Shown one piece after another: positions 39,392 through 49,389 of a DNA stretch of 64,000 bases. The position numbers were made by a program, and so were the translations under genes. Source of the stretch: Fibrobacterales bacterium (GTDB lineage: Bacteria > Fibrobacterota > Fibrobacteria > Fibrobacterales > CADBQJ01). The notes under the pieces are model-generated. The model saw nothing but the letters and a program-made list of their open reading frames with translations, did not search any database and had not been told where the DNA came from. Location of the stretch: NCBI GenBank assembly GCA_017650365.1, contig JAGCEZ010000084.1:38202-102201 (forward strand), read 5' to 3'. How positions within the stretch are numbered: position 1 is the stretch's first letter; each line of letters starts with the position of its first letter.

Positions 39392-39922
39392 ATGAAAAAG
39401 ACGCTTCTCCTCTCCCTTCTCCTCCTCTGCGCCGCGCCCCTCTTCGCGCAGGGCCCGCTGCTCGAGCCCGAGGTCGTCCCGACCTTCGAACGCGCCCAGG
39501 ACGGGACCGACGCGAAGATGGACTTCACCGTCCCGCTGAAGACCCTCGACGGCCAGAAGGCCATCTTCGGCACCTGGTCGGGCAAGCCCCTCCTGGTCTT
39601 CTACTTCATGCCCACCTGCGGCCACTGCCAGCACGCCTATCCGCTCGTGGAGAAGATGGCGAAGAACTACCCGAACCTCGGGATGATCGCGGTCGCCAGC
39701 GGCTCCAGCGCGCCCGACGCCGTGGAGAAGTTCCGCGAAACCCGCAACGTCTCGGTCCCGCTCTTCATCGACTCGTCGAAGAAGTTCGGCGACAAGTACG
39801 GCATCGGCTCGGTCCCGATGATCGTCCTCGTGGACGCGCAGGGGCGCTACATCCGCTACCGCTCCTTCTCCGAGGAAGTGCAGCGCCAGATCGCCAAGGA
39901 GCTCGACGCCTGGGCGAAGTAG
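39392..39922 (+). CDS. Exported TlpA-like thioredoxin/disulfide reductase
   Basis: Signal peptide, CGHC motif, VP before a beta strand (SVPMIVLVD). Confidence 0.85.
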   Translation: MKKTLLLSLLLLCAAPLFAQGPLLEPEVVPTFERAQDGTDAKMDFTVPLKTLDGQKAIFGTWSGKPLLVFYFMPTCGHCQHAYPLVEKMAKNYPNLGMIAVASGSSAPDAVEKFRETRNVSVPLFIDSSKKFGDKYGIGSVPMIVLVDAQGRYIRYRSFSEEVQRQIAKELDAWAK

Positions 39923-39935
39923 CCCGGAGCCGCCG

Positions 39936-40925
39936 ATGCCCCGCGTCCGCGCGACGTTCAGCTCGTTCGTGCCGCCCAACATGGGCGGCCTTTCTTTGTC
40001 GGAGTACCTGTCGAAGCGCTTCCCCTATCTGGACGAAGCGGGCTGGCGCGAGCGGATCGCGCGCGGCGACGTCCGCGTGGAGGGGAAGGAGGCGTCTCCG
40101 GAACTGGTTCTGAAGAACGGCGACAAGGTCTCCTCCGAAGTGGAGCACGACGAACCCGAGCTGCCCGAAGAGGTGGAGATCGTCCGCGCGGAGGGCGAGA
40201 TCCCCGCGTTCGGGAAGTCGGCGCTCGTGCCGGTGAGCCGCACGGGCGAGGTGACCTGGAACACGTTCGTCCAGCAGGCGCGCCGCGCGACGGGGAACCC
40301 GGAGATCCGCCTCCTCCACCGGCTGGACCGCGAGACGAGCGGGCTGATCCTCTGTGCGCGCGACCTCGACGCCGCGAAGCGGCACCAGGCGAACCTGAAG
40401 AACCTCCTGCTGCGCAAGTTCTACCTCGCCGTCGTCTTCGGGACGCCGGAGTGGACGGCCCTCCGGTGCGAAACCCCGCTGCGCGAGGCGACCGAGCACC
40501 CGGCGCGGGCGATCATGCTCCCCGATCCGGCAGGCAAGCCCTGTTCGACCGACTTCCGGCTGCTGGAGAGCGGCGGCGGGCGCTCGCTCGTCCTGGCCGA
40601 GATCCACACGGGGCGCAAGCACCAGATCCGCGCGCACCTCGCCTCGCTCGGGCACCCCGTCGTGGGCGACAAGATCTACGTGGACGCCGGCGCCTCCTAC
40701 GTCAAGATGGCCACGGGGAGGCTGGAACCCGCCGACCTGGAGCGGCTCGGCGCCCCGCACCACCTGCTCCACTCCTGGAAGGCGCTCGTCCGCCTGCCCG
40801 GAAGCGAGGGGCCCGAACTGCTCGAAAGCGGGCTCTTCTCCCCCGCGTTCCGCGAGGCGCTCGCGCGCTGGCCGGACTGGCGGGAACGCGCGGAAGAGGC
40901 GCTCCGCGACCTCGGCGTCCGGTAG
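39936..40925 (+). CDS. RluA-family pseudouridine synthase with S4 domain
   Basis: HRLDRETSG, IHTGRKHQIRAHLASLGHPVVGDKIY. Confidence 0.9.
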   Translation: MPRVRATFSSFVPPNMGGLSLSEYLSKRFPYLDEAGWRERIARGDVRVEGKEASPELVLKNGDKVSSEVEHDEPELPEEVEIVRAEGEIPAFGKSALVPVSRTGEVTWNTFVQQARRATGNPEIRLLHRLDRETSGLILCARDLDAAKRHQANLKNLLLRKFYLAVVFGTPEWTALRCETPLREATEHPARAIMLPDPAGKPCSTDFRLLESGGGRSLVLAEIHTGRKHQIRAHLASLGHPVVGDKIYVDAGASYVKMATGRLEPADLERLGAPHHLLHSWKALVRLPGSEGPELLESGLFSPAFREALARWPDWRERAEEALRDLGVR

Positions 40926-40962
40926 GGGCGCGCGGCCCTTTTCCACGGCCCTTTTCTACATT

Positions 40963-42477
40963 GTGATCGTGGAACGGACGTCCGAAAACAGGCCCTTCGC
41001 CCTGCCGGAGATCCCCGAAGACGCGGTGCTCTGCGTCGATTTCGACGACACGCTCATCCGCGGGGACTCGCTCTGGGAGACCGTCCTCGGGGCGTTCAAA
41101 AAGGACTTCGCGGGAACGGTCCGCGCCTTCCTCCGGCTGCGCGGGGGGAAGGTCCCCTTCAAGAAGGCGATCGCGGAGATCCTGGTCCCCGACCCGGATT
41201 CGTTCGCGTGGCGCGAAGAGCTGGTCGAGGAGCTGCGCGCGCAGAAGGCGCGGGGGCGCGAAGTCGTCCTGGCGACCGCGGCGCACAGGACGACCGCCGA
41301 GGCCGTCCAGCGGAAGCTCGGCCTCTTCGACCGCGTGATCGCCACGCAGGACGACGGCCCCAACGTCATCTCGGAGGCGAAGGTCTCGGCGATCCGCGCC
41401 GCCTTCGGGGAGCGGCCGGTCTTCTACGTCGGCGACTCGAAGGACGACCTGCCGCTTTGGAAGGCGTTCGGCGGCGCGGCGGTCGCGCCCTCGCGCGCTC
41501 TCGAGTCCGCGCTGAAGAAGATCCCGAACGTCGCGATCCTGCGCGAAGAACGCCCCTCGCCCGCGAAGATCCTCCTCCGGACGCTCCGCGCGCACCAGTG
41601 GACCAAGAACCTGCTGCTCTTCGCGCCACTCGCCTTCGCGCACCGCCTGGGCGACGTCGGCGCGCTCCTCTCCCTGTTCGCGGGCTTCGCCGCCTTCTGC
41701 GCCGCCTGCTCCGCGGTCTACGTCTTCAACGACCTCTCGGACGTCGCCTCCGACCGCCTGCACCCCTCCAAGCGGCGGCGCCCGATCGCCTCGGGCCTGG
41801 TCTCCGTCCCCCGCGCGGCCGCGCTCGTCCCGCTCCTGCTCGGCGTCTCCGCCGCCTGCGCCGCCGCGGTCGGCTCCTCCGGCTTCGCCGCGGTCCTCGC
41901 GCTCTACCTCCTCCTCACGTTCGCCTACTCCCTGCTGGTCAAGCGCGTGCTGGTCTTCGACGTCCTCCTCCTCGCCGGACTCTACACCATCCGCATGGTC
42001 GCCGGCGCGGAAGCGAGCGCCACGCCGGTCTCCTTCTGGCTGCTGGTCTTCTCGATGTTCCTCTTCGTCTCGCTGGCGACGCTCAAGCGGTTCGTGGACC
42101 TGCGCGACCTGCAGAAGAACGGTCTGGTCCGCAGCGCGGGCCGCGCCTACTGCGTGGACGACCTCCCGGTCCTGCGGGCCGCGGGCGTCTCCTCCGCCGC
42201 GAACGCCGCGCTGGTGCTCGCGCTCTACGTGCAGAGCGCGCGCTTCGGCGCCTTCTACAACAACCCCGAGTTCTTCTGGCTGATCATCCCCGCGCTGCTC
42301 TACGGGCTTCTGCGGATGTGGATCTTCGCCGAGCGCGGGACGATGGACGAGGACCCCGTCCTCTTCGCCGTCCGCGACCGCGTCACGTGGGCGACCGGAC
42401 TGTTCGTCCTGGCGATGGCGGCCCTCGCGAAGTCCGCGCCCGCGATCCCCTGGCTCGCGGAACGCCTCTGGAGATGA
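40963..42477 (+). CDS. HAD-like phosphatase + UbiA prenyltransferase fusion (polyprenyl-phosphate phosphoribosyltransferase-like)
   Basis: CVDFDDTL and VGDSKDD (HAD); LRAHQWTKNLLLF, YVFNDLSDVASDRLHPSKRRRPIASG, DEDPVLFAVRD. The start may be GTG 40969. Confidence 0.9.
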   Translation: MIVERTSENRPFALPEIPEDAVLCVDFDDTLIRGDSLWETVLGAFKKDFAGTVRAFLRLRGGKVPFKKAIAEILVPDPDSFAWREELVEELRAQKARGREVVLATAAHRTTAEAVQRKLGLFDRVIATQDDGPNVISEAKVSAIRAAFGERPVFYVGDSKDDLPLWKAFGGAAVAPSRALESALKKIPNVAILREERPSPAKILLRTLRAHQWTKNLLLFAPLAFAHRLGDVGALLSLFAGFAAFCAACSAVYVFNDLSDVASDRLHPSKRRRPIASGLVSVPRAAALVPLLLGVSAACAAAVGSSGFAAVLALYLLLTFAYSLLVKRVLVFDVLLLAGLYTIRMVAGAEASATPVSFWLLVFSMFLFVSLATLKRFVDLRDLQKNGLVRSAGRAYCVDDLPVLRAAGVSSAANAALVLALYVQSARFGAFYNNPEFFWLIIPALLYGLLRMWIFAERGTMDEDPVLFAVRDRVTWATGLFVLAMAALAKSAPAIPWLAERLWR

Positions 42478-42481
42478 CGCG

Positions 42482-43807
42482 ATGACGGTTTGTTCGTGGG
42501 GGAAGTACCCCAAAGTCGAAGCGGCCGCGGTGCAGCACCTCGCCTGGCGGCACGAAAAGATCGACTTCGACCCGGCGACGAGCTTCCTCGCGCACGGCAT
42601 GGGCCGCAGCTACGGCGACAGCTGCCTGAACGAAGGCGGGACGCTGCTGATGACGCGCGGGCTCGACCGCTTCGTCTCGTTCGACCCGGAGACCGGAGAC
42701 CTCCGCGTCGAGGCCGGCGTGACGCTCGAGGAGATCCTCCGCTTCGCGCTCCCCCGCGGCTACTTCCTCCCCGCCTCCCCCGGCACCTGCCACGTCACCG
42801 TCGGCGGCGCGATCGCCAACGACGTCCACGGCAAGAACCACCACGTCGCCGGCACGTTCGGCTGCGTGACCGACGAGTTCACGCTCCTGCGCTCCTCCGG
42901 GGAGATCCTCCGCTGCTCGCGGACGGAGAACGCCGGCCTCTTCCGCGCCACGATCGGCGGGCTCGGGCTGACCGGCCTGATCCTCGACGCGAAGATCCGG
43001 CTGCGCAGGGTCCGCGGACCTTTTCTCAATGTGAAAACGATCCAGTTCGGATCGCTGCGCGAGTTCCTCCAGCTCTCGAAGGAGCTCGGGACGAAATACG
43101 AATACAGCGTCTCGTGGGTGGACGGCACCGCGCACGGCGCGCAGCTCGGCCGCGGGCTCTTCATGGCGGGCAACCACTCCGACCTGACCGTCGAGGAGAG
43201 GAAGGAGCCCTTCGTCCCGAAGCTCGTCTTCCCGTGCGAGGCGCCGGAATGGCTGCTCAACCGCGCGACGATCCGCGCGTTCAACGAACTCTACTGGCGC
43301 AAGACCGTCGGACGCGCCGTCGAGGGCGTGCAGCACTACGTCCCCTTCTTCTACCCGCTCGACGCGATCGAGAACTGGAACCGGATGTACGGGAAGCGCG
43401 GCTTCTTCCAGTACCAGTGCGTCCTCCCCTTCGGCGACGGCGAGGAGGCCTGCGCGGAGCTGCTGCGCCGCATCTCGGCCTACGGCAAGGGGACCTTCCT
43501 CAGCGTGCTCAAGACCTTCGGCGACGTGGAGTCGCCCGGGATGCTCTCGTTCCCGCGCAAGGGGATCACGCTCGCGCTCGACTTCGCGAACGAGGGGAAG
43601 GAGACGCTCGACTTCCTCTCCATGCTCGACGGCGTGGTCGCGGAGGCGGGCGGGGCGCTCTACCCCGCGAAGGACGCGCGCATGGACGAGGCGATGTTCG
43701 CGCGCAGCTGCCCGCGCCTCGCGGAGTTCGTCAAGTACAAGGACCCGCTCTTCTCCTCCTCGCTCTGGAGAAGGCTCGGAGAACCCAATTTCGGGAAAGG
43801 AGCCTGA
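42482..43807 (+). CDS. FAD-binding oxidoreductase, DprE1-like
   Basis: GMGRSYGDS, PGTCHVTVGGAIANDVHGKNHH, TIGGLGLTG, FFYPLD, YGKRGFFQYQ, GITLALDF, YPAKD. Confidence 0.9.
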   Translation: MTVCSWGKYPKVEAAAVQHLAWRHEKIDFDPATSFLAHGMGRSYGDSCLNEGGTLLMTRGLDRFVSFDPETGDLRVEAGVTLEEILRFALPRGYFLPASPGTCHVTVGGAIANDVHGKNHHVAGTFGCVTDEFTLLRSSGEILRCSRTENAGLFRATIGGLGLTGLILDAKIRLRRVRGPFLNVKTIQFGSLREFLQLSKELGTKYEYSVSWVDGTAHGAQLGRGLFMAGNHSDLTVEERKEPFVPKLVFPCEAPEWLLNRATIRAFNELYWRKTVGRAVEGVQHYVPFFYPLDAIENWNRMYGKRGFFQYQCVLPFGDGEEACAELLRRISAYGKGTFLSVLKTFGDVESPGMLSFPRKGITLALDFANEGKETLDFLSMLDGVVAEAGGALYPAKDARMDEAMFARSCPRLAEFVKYKDPLFSSSLWRRLGEPNFGKGA

Positions 43808-43808
43808 C

Positions 43809-44564
43809 GTGAAAGGCAACGTTCGGAAAATCGCGATCTTCGGGGCGACGTCGGCGATGGCGCGCGGCGCCGCGCGGCGCTTCGCGTCGGAAAAGGCGGA
43901 GTTCGTCCTCGTCGCGCGGAGCGCGGAGAAGCTGGATGCCGTCAAGGCGGACCTGCTGGCCTTCGGCGCCGCGCGCGCGGAGACCGTCCTCTGCGACCTC
44001 TCGGACGTCGCCGCGCAGGCGGCTGCGCTCGACGCGGTCTGGAACGCGCTCGGCGAAGTCGACGCAGTCCTCGTCGCCTACGGCTCGCTCCCCGACCAGA
44101 AGGCGTGCGAGGCCGACACGGCGCTCGCGATGCGCGAGTTCGCCAACAACGGCTCCTCCGCGATCGCGCTCTGCAACGAGATCGGAAAGCGGCTCGAAGC
44201 GCAGGGGCGCGGCTGCCTGGCGGTCATCTCCTCCGTCGCGGCCGACCGCGGGCGCGAATCGAACTACCTCTACGGATCGGCCAAGGCGGCGCTGGCGACC
44301 TTCGTCGACGGCATGGCCGTGCGGCTATCCAAGAAGGGGATCCGCGTGATCGACGTCAAGCCCGGGCTCGTCTCCTCGCCGATGACCGCGCACCTGAAGC
44401 AGGGGCCGCTCTTCGCCTCCAGCGACAAGGTCGGCGCCGGAATCGCGAAGGCGATCGCCGACGGGAAGACCGAGGGGACGCTCTACCTCCCCGGAATCTG
44501 GGCCCTGATCATGTTCGTCGTCCGCCATGTTCCCTATTTCGTCTTCAAGAAGACCCGCTTCTGA
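43809..44564 (+). CDS. Short-chain dehydrogenase, DprE2-like
   Basis: IFGATSAMA, SSVAADRGRESNYLYGSAKA, KPGLVSSPMT, IMFVVRHVP. Confidence 0.88.
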   Translation: MKGNVRKIAIFGATSAMARGAARRFASEKAEFVLVARSAEKLDAVKADLLAFGAARAETVLCDLSDVAAQAAALDAVWNALGEVDAVLVAYGSLPDQKACEADTALAMREFANNGSSAIALCNEIGKRLEAQGRGCLAVISSVAADRGRESNYLYGSAKAALATFVDGMAVRLSKKGIRVIDVKPGLVSSPMTAHLKQGPLFASSDKVGAGIAKAIADGKTEGTLYLPGIWALIMFVVRHVPYFVFKKTRF

Positions 44565-46881
44565 GCTGCGGCGCGAAGCGCTCGCCAAGGTCCGGGGGAT
44601 GTCCGCGGACGACCGCGCCGCGCGTTCGGAGCGGATCGCCGGGATCCTGCGCGGGGAGCTGGAGCGGACGGGCGTCCGCGCGCTCGCGGCCTTCTGGCCG
44701 ATGAAGAGCGAACCCGACCTGCGCCCCCTCCTGCTCGAATGGGCGGAGGCCGATCCGGAACGGGAGCTCCTGCTGCCGCGCGTCCGCGGACGGGCGATGG
44801 AGTGGGTCCGCGTCCGGGGCGAAGCGGACCTGGAGCCGACGGACTTCGGCGTCCTGCAGCCGAGGGCGGAACTCCCCGCCGCGGCCGCGACGCCCGGAAT
44901 CGTCCTCGTCCCGGGAACGGTCTTCGGGAAGAGCGGGGAGCGGATCGGCCGCGGCGGCGGCTTCTACGACCGCGCGCTCGCGCGGCTTGATTCGAAAACG
45001 CGCGCGATCGGGACCTGCTTCGAAAGCCAGATCTCCGCGGGCCCGGTCCCCCAGGAGGCGCACGACCGCCCGGTCGCGGAACTCCTGACCGAAGAGGGGC
45101 TCCGCCCGGCCGAACCTCCGCGCGGAAGGAAAAAGCGCGCGCTCCTCTTCGGCGCGCTGGCGCTCTTCGGGCTTCTCTTCTCGCTCGTCTGCGAAATCTC
45201 GGGCAACATCGCGGTCTCGGACATCGTCCTGGAGATGGAGGGAAAGCGGACGCCGCTTTCCGAACTCCCGCTGGCGAAGCCGGAAATCCAGGGGAACTTC
45301 TCGCTCGAGTTCGAGGCCTGGCGCCCGCTCTTCCGGCTCGGGCGCGTCCGCATCGTCCCGGACGACCGCATGGTCGCGCTCTCCGTGGACGGCGTTCCCG
45401 TCGACCTGGAGACCCGCGTTTCGGGAAGCCTCACGGACTGGGACCGCGGCTTCGTCATCGACGTCCCCGGCGACGGCGCGCACAAGCGCCGGATCCGGAT
45501 GGCGCTCGAGAACCGCGGCGGCCCGGGCGGCGTCCGCCTGCTCTCCGTGCCGACCGCCGCGTCCAAGTCCATGGTCGCCGCGGGCGTCGCGCTCTTCGCG
45601 GCGGCGACCGCGCTCCTCTTCCGGAAGCGGGCGGCCTTCGCGGCGATCTTCGCGCTCGGCGCCTTCTTCGCGGGCTGGAGCTTCGCCGGCACCGAACCCG
45701 GCGTCCACACCTACGACTGGACCGCCCACGTCGAATACGTGCGGTACATCGTGGACCACCGCGCGCTCCCGCCGCCCTACGGGGGCTGGGAGTACCAGCA
45801 GCCGCCGCTCTACTACCTCGCCGCCGCGCCGATCCTCGCCTTCTGCGACGCCTTCCCCGAACTCTCCGCGCTGCGCGGGCTGCAGTTCCTCGCGCTGCTC
45901 TGCGCGCTCGGCGTCTTCTGGTACGGCGGGAAGGCGATCGAACTCCTCCTTCCGCGCGAGCCGCGGACGCGGAACCTCCTCTTCGCGCTCCTCTGCTTCT
46001 GGCCGACGCTCCTGCTCTTCGCGCCGCGCATCGGCAACGACCCCGTCTTCTACTTCGCGTCCGCGGGCGCGTTCTGGGCGATCTGCCGCTGGTGGCTCGA
46101 CCGGAAGGACCGCTCGCTCCTCGCCGCCTGCGTCTGGGTCTCGCTCTCGCTGCTGGCGAAGTCCAACGGGCTGGCCGCGCTCGGAACGGCCGGAATCCTG
46201 CTCTTCCTCTCGCTCTTCGGGAACGAACGGCCCTCGAAGAAGGCGTTGGCCGGCGCCGCGCTGATTCTCGCGGCGGGGGTCGTCCTCTCCTTCGGCGACA
46301 ACGTCGCCGCGGCGATGGAGAACGGGAACCACGCCCTCCTGGGCGACTCGATCCGCGGCCTGAACGGCCACCTGAAGGTGGGGAACGAGCTCGAGAACTA
46401 CGGCTTCCGCCCGATCGAGTTTCTGACGACCCCGTACGCCGGCGCCTGGCGCGACGAGGGGCTGCGCCAGCGCTTCTTCGACTACCTCCTCCGCAGCGCG
46501 ATCTCCGGCGAGTTCGACCTCGGCGACGAGGCGCGCTTCGCGGCCTACGGCATGGGCGGCGCGCTGCTCCTCCTCGTCCTCCTGCTGCTCTCGAAGATCG
46601 CGCGGCATCCGAAGCTCGCGCTCTCGCGGCGGTTCCTCCCCTCGCTCCTCTTCGGCGCGCTCTTCTTCCTCGCGGTGCTCCACTTCCGGCACGCGCATCC
46701 CTTCTCGTGCCACAACGACTTCCGGCTGGCCCTGCCGATGCTCTTCCCCGCGATCTGCATGCTCGGGATGGACGGCGGAAGGCGGACGAAGGCGGCGCTC
46801 GCCGCGAAGATCCTCCTCGTCCTGGGCGCCGCGGCCATGATCCTCTTCTCCGCGCTCTCGACGCTGACGCTGACGCGATGA
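44527..46881 (+). CDS. 5-formyltetrahydrofolate cyclo-ligase fused to a GT-C (PMT_2/DUF2142-like) membrane glycosyltransferase
   Basis: The N-terminal ~200 aa carry EPDL, VPG..F...RIGRGGGFYDR and QEAHD. A soluble beta-rich segment follows, then a multi-TM region with YDWTAHVEY...EYQQPPLYY and K-S-N motifs. The frame is continuous. Confidence 0.78.
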   Translation: MFPISSSRRPASELRREALAKVRGMSADDRAARSERIAGILRGELERTGVRALAAFWPMKSEPDLRPLLLEWAEADPERELLLPRVRGRAMEWVRVRGEADLEPTDFGVLQPRAELPAAAATPGIVLVPGTVFGKSGERIGRGGGFYDRALARLDSKTRAIGTCFESQISAGPVPQEAHDRPVAELLTEEGLRPAEPPRGRKKRALLFGALALFGLLFSLVCEISGNIAVSDIVLEMEGKRTPLSELPLAKPEIQGNFSLEFEAWRPLFRLGRVRIVPDDRMVALSVDGVPVDLETRVSGSLTDWDRGFVIDVPGDGAHKRRIRMALENRGGPGGVRLLSVPTAASKSMVAAGVALFAAATALLFRKRAAFAAIFALGAFFAGWSFAGTEPGVHTYDWTAHVEYVRYIVDHRALPPPYGGWEYQQPPLYYLAAAPILAFCDAFPELSALRGLQFLALLCALGVFWYGGKAIELLLPREPRTRNLLFALLCFWPTLLLFAPRIGNDPVFYFASAGAFWAICRWWLDRKDRSLLAACVWVSLSLLAKSNGLAALGTAGILLFLSLFGNERPSKKALAGAALILAAGVVLSFGDNVAAAMENGNHALLGDSIRGLNGHLKVGNELENYGFRPIEFLTTPYAGAWRDEGLRQRFFDYLLRSAISGEFDLGDEARFAAYGMGGALLLLVLLLLSKIARHPKLALSRRFLPSLLFGALFFLAVLHFRHAHPFSCHNDFRLALPMLFPAICMLGMDGGRRTKAALAAKILLVLGAAAMILFSALSTLTLTR

Positions 46882-49325
46882 CCGCGGTCGATTTCGGAAC
46901 CCTTCCCGCCTACCCCGTCCGGGAACGCCTTCCGGAGATCCTCCGCGCGCTGGAGACGGAGACCCGGCTCGGCGTCGTCGCGGCCCCCGGCTCGGGCAAG
47001 ACGACCCTCGTCCCCCTCGCGCTGCTCCAGGCCCCCTGGCGGCGCGGGAAGATCCTCGTGCAGGAACCGCGCCGCGTCGCCGCGAAGGCCGCCGCGAACC
47101 GGCTCTCCCTCCTGCTCGGGAAGAGGCCCGGGACGGCCGTCGGCTGGCGCGTGCGCGGCGAGACCAAGGCGGGCGCGGAGACGGAGATCGAAGTCGTCAC
47201 CGACGGCGTGCTCCTGCGCATGCTGCAGGAGGACCCCGCGCTCGAGGGCGTCGCCGCCGTCGTCTTCGACGAATTCCACGAACGCTCGACGAACGCCGAC
47301 CTCGCGCTCCTTTTCGCGCGCGACGCGCAGGAGAACCTCCGCCCCGACCTGCGGCTCCTCGCGCTCTCCGCGACGCCCGACCTCGCCGCGCTCCGGCGCG
47401 TCTTCGGGGAGCACCGGACGATCGACGTCCCCGGGACGCTCCACCCCGTCGCGGTCGTCCACAGGGAGCCCTCCCCCTCCGTCCCCCTGGAGGAGGAGAT
47501 CGCGAAGTCGCTCCTCGCGCGCCTCGAAGATCCCGCCTCGGGGAGCGTGCTCGTCTTCCTGCCCGGGTTCGCGGAGATCTCGCGCGTGCGCGAGCGGATC
47601 GAGGACCGCCTCCCCGAGGACGTCGAGCTCTTCGCGATGCACCGCTCGCTCCCCCTGGCCGAGCAGACGCGCGCGATCGAGCCCGCGCCGCCCGGCCGGC
47701 GCAAGGTCATCCTCTCGAGTTCGATCGCGGAGAGCAGCGTCACGATCGAGGGGATCCGCGTCGTGCTCGACGCCGGGCTGGAGCGCGTCTCCGCGTTCGA
47801 CGAGGCGCGCGGGCTCTCCCGGCTGGCCACGCGGCGCGAGAGCGCGGACAGCGCCGCCCAGCGCGCCGGACGCGCGGGACGCACCTGCGAGGGGGTCTGC
47901 GTCCGCTTCTGGCCGGAACGCGAGACGCTCCGTCCGAACCGCGAGCCCGAGATCCTGCGGTGCGACATGTCGCGCGTCGTGCTGGAGTGCGCGCTCTGGG
48001 GCGCCTCCGACCCCGGAGCGCTCCCCTGGCCCACGCCGCCCGACCCCGGGAAATGGGAGCGCGCCCGCGCCGCACTCGAAAAAATCGGCGCGCTCGGCCC
48101 GGACGGAAAGCTGACCCCGCTCGGAAAGCGGATCGCCGCGCTCCCGCTCGCCCCCGCGACCGGCGCCTTCCTCCTCCGCGCCGCCGACCTCGGCGCCGGG
48201 AACGCCGCCTGCCGCCTCGCCGCGCTGATGGAGGAGGATCTCCCCGCCTCGTACAGGGGGTGCGACGTCTCCCCGCTCCTCCGCCCCGGAAACGACGTCC
48301 GCGTCGCGGGCGGCGGGACGCTCTCGGAACTCGCCGCGCGGCTCGCGGAGACGCTCCGCCTCGGAAAGGACTCCGCGCGCCTCTCGCCCGGCCTCCTCGC
48401 GCTGCTCGCCCGCCCGGACGCGCTCGCGCGGCGCCGCCCCGGGCAGAGCGGAAAGCTCTCCACGTCCGGGGGGCAGGGGCTCTACCTCCCCGAGGGCGAC
48501 GCGCTGCGGACCTCGGAATGGCTCGTCGCCCTCCAGGCGGGCGGCGCCGGCGCGGACCTCCGGATCCGCGCGGCCGTGCCGTTCGACCCCGAAGAGCTCG
48601 GCGCGGCTCCGGAGGAGCTCCGCTCGCGCTGGTTCCGCGAGGAACGCGCCCTCTCCTGGAACGCGCAGAAGGAATCGGCCTCGGTCAAGGTCTCCGCGTG
48701 GTGGGGCTCCCTCCTCCTCTCCGAAACGCCCGGCCGCGCCGCCGAGGAGGAGGAACTCTCCGCGTGGCGGGAACATCTGCTCTCCGCCGGCGGCGCGGCG
48801 CTCCCGTGGAGCGAAGGCGCGCGGACGCTCGTCGCCCGCGTCCGGGCCGCGCGCGCGGCCGCCCCCGGGCTCTGGCCCGACTGGTCGGACGAGAACCTCG
48901 TCCGCCTCGCCGCGGAGGCAGGACGCCCGCTGCGCGAAGGGGACCTGGTCCCCTGGCTCCGCGGCGAACTCGGGTTCCCGCAATGCAGAAAGCTCGACGC
49001 CGACGTCCCGGACAAGTTCCTCTTCCCCAACGGCCGCTCCCAGGCGATCGACTGGTCCGGGGAGCGCCCGGTCCTCGCCGCGCCGCTCCAGGACTTCTTC
49101 GGCGTCACGCGCCACCCCACGGCCGGAGGCGCTCCCCTGCGCGTCGTCCTCCTCTCGCCGGCGCGGCGCCCCATCCAGACCACCGAGGACCTCCCCGGCT
49201 TCTGGCGCGGCTCCTACGCCGAGGTCCGCAAGGAGATGAAGGGGCGCTATCCCAAGCACAACTGGCCCGAGGACCCGTGGAACGCGCAGGAGGCGCGCAA
49301 GCGCAAACCGCCGGCGTCCGCCTGA
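46878..49325 (+). CDS. hrpB: ATP-dependent helicase HrpB
   Basis: APGSGKTT, QEPRRVAA, FDEFHERS, LSAT, FLPGFAEI, QRAGRAGR, LLSPARRPIQTTEDLPGFWRGSY, YPKHNWP. Confidence 0.95.
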   Translation: MTAVDFGTLPAYPVRERLPEILRALETETRLGVVAAPGSGKTTLVPLALLQAPWRRGKILVQEPRRVAAKAAANRLSLLLGKRPGTAVGWRVRGETKAGAETEIEVVTDGVLLRMLQEDPALEGVAAVVFDEFHERSTNADLALLFARDAQENLRPDLRLLALSATPDLAALRRVFGEHRTIDVPGTLHPVAVVHREPSPSVPLEEEIAKSLLARLEDPASGSVLVFLPGFAEISRVRERIEDRLPEDVELFAMHRSLPLAEQTRAIEPAPPGRRKVILSSSIAESSVTIEGIRVVLDAGLERVSAFDEARGLSRLATRRESADSAAQRAGRAGRTCEGVCVRFWPERETLRPNREPEILRCDMSRVVLECALWGASDPGALPWPTPPDPGKWERARAALEKIGALGPDGKLTPLGKRIAALPLAPATGAFLLRAADLGAGNAACRLAALMEEDLPASYRGCDVSPLLRPGNDVRVAGGGTLSELAARLAETLRLGKDSARLSPGLLALLARPDALARRRPGQSGKLSTSGGQGLYLPEGDALRTSEWLVALQAGGAGADLRIRAAVPFDPEELGAAPEELRSRWFREERALSWNAQKESASVKVSAWWGSLLLSETPGRAAEEEELSAWREHLLSAGGAALPWSEGARTLVARVRAARAAAPGLWPDWSDENLVRLAAEAGRPLREGDLVPWLRGELGFPQCRKLDADVPDKFLFPNGRSQAIDWSGERPVLAAPLQDFFGVTRHPTAGGAPLRVVLLSPARRPIQTTEDLPGFWRGSYAEVRKEMKGRYPKHNWPEDPWNAQEARKRKPPASA

Positions 49326-49345
49326 CCTCTCCTCGGAAAAACGGA

Positions 49346-49369
49346 AAAGGCGTCCCGGAGGACGCCTTT
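49346..49369. terminator. Bidirectional hairpin terminator
   Basis: AAAGGCGTCC-CGGA-GGACGCCTTT between convergent genes. Confidence 0.8.
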
Positions 49370-49389
49370 CGAGTTCCCTGTCCGGAGGG

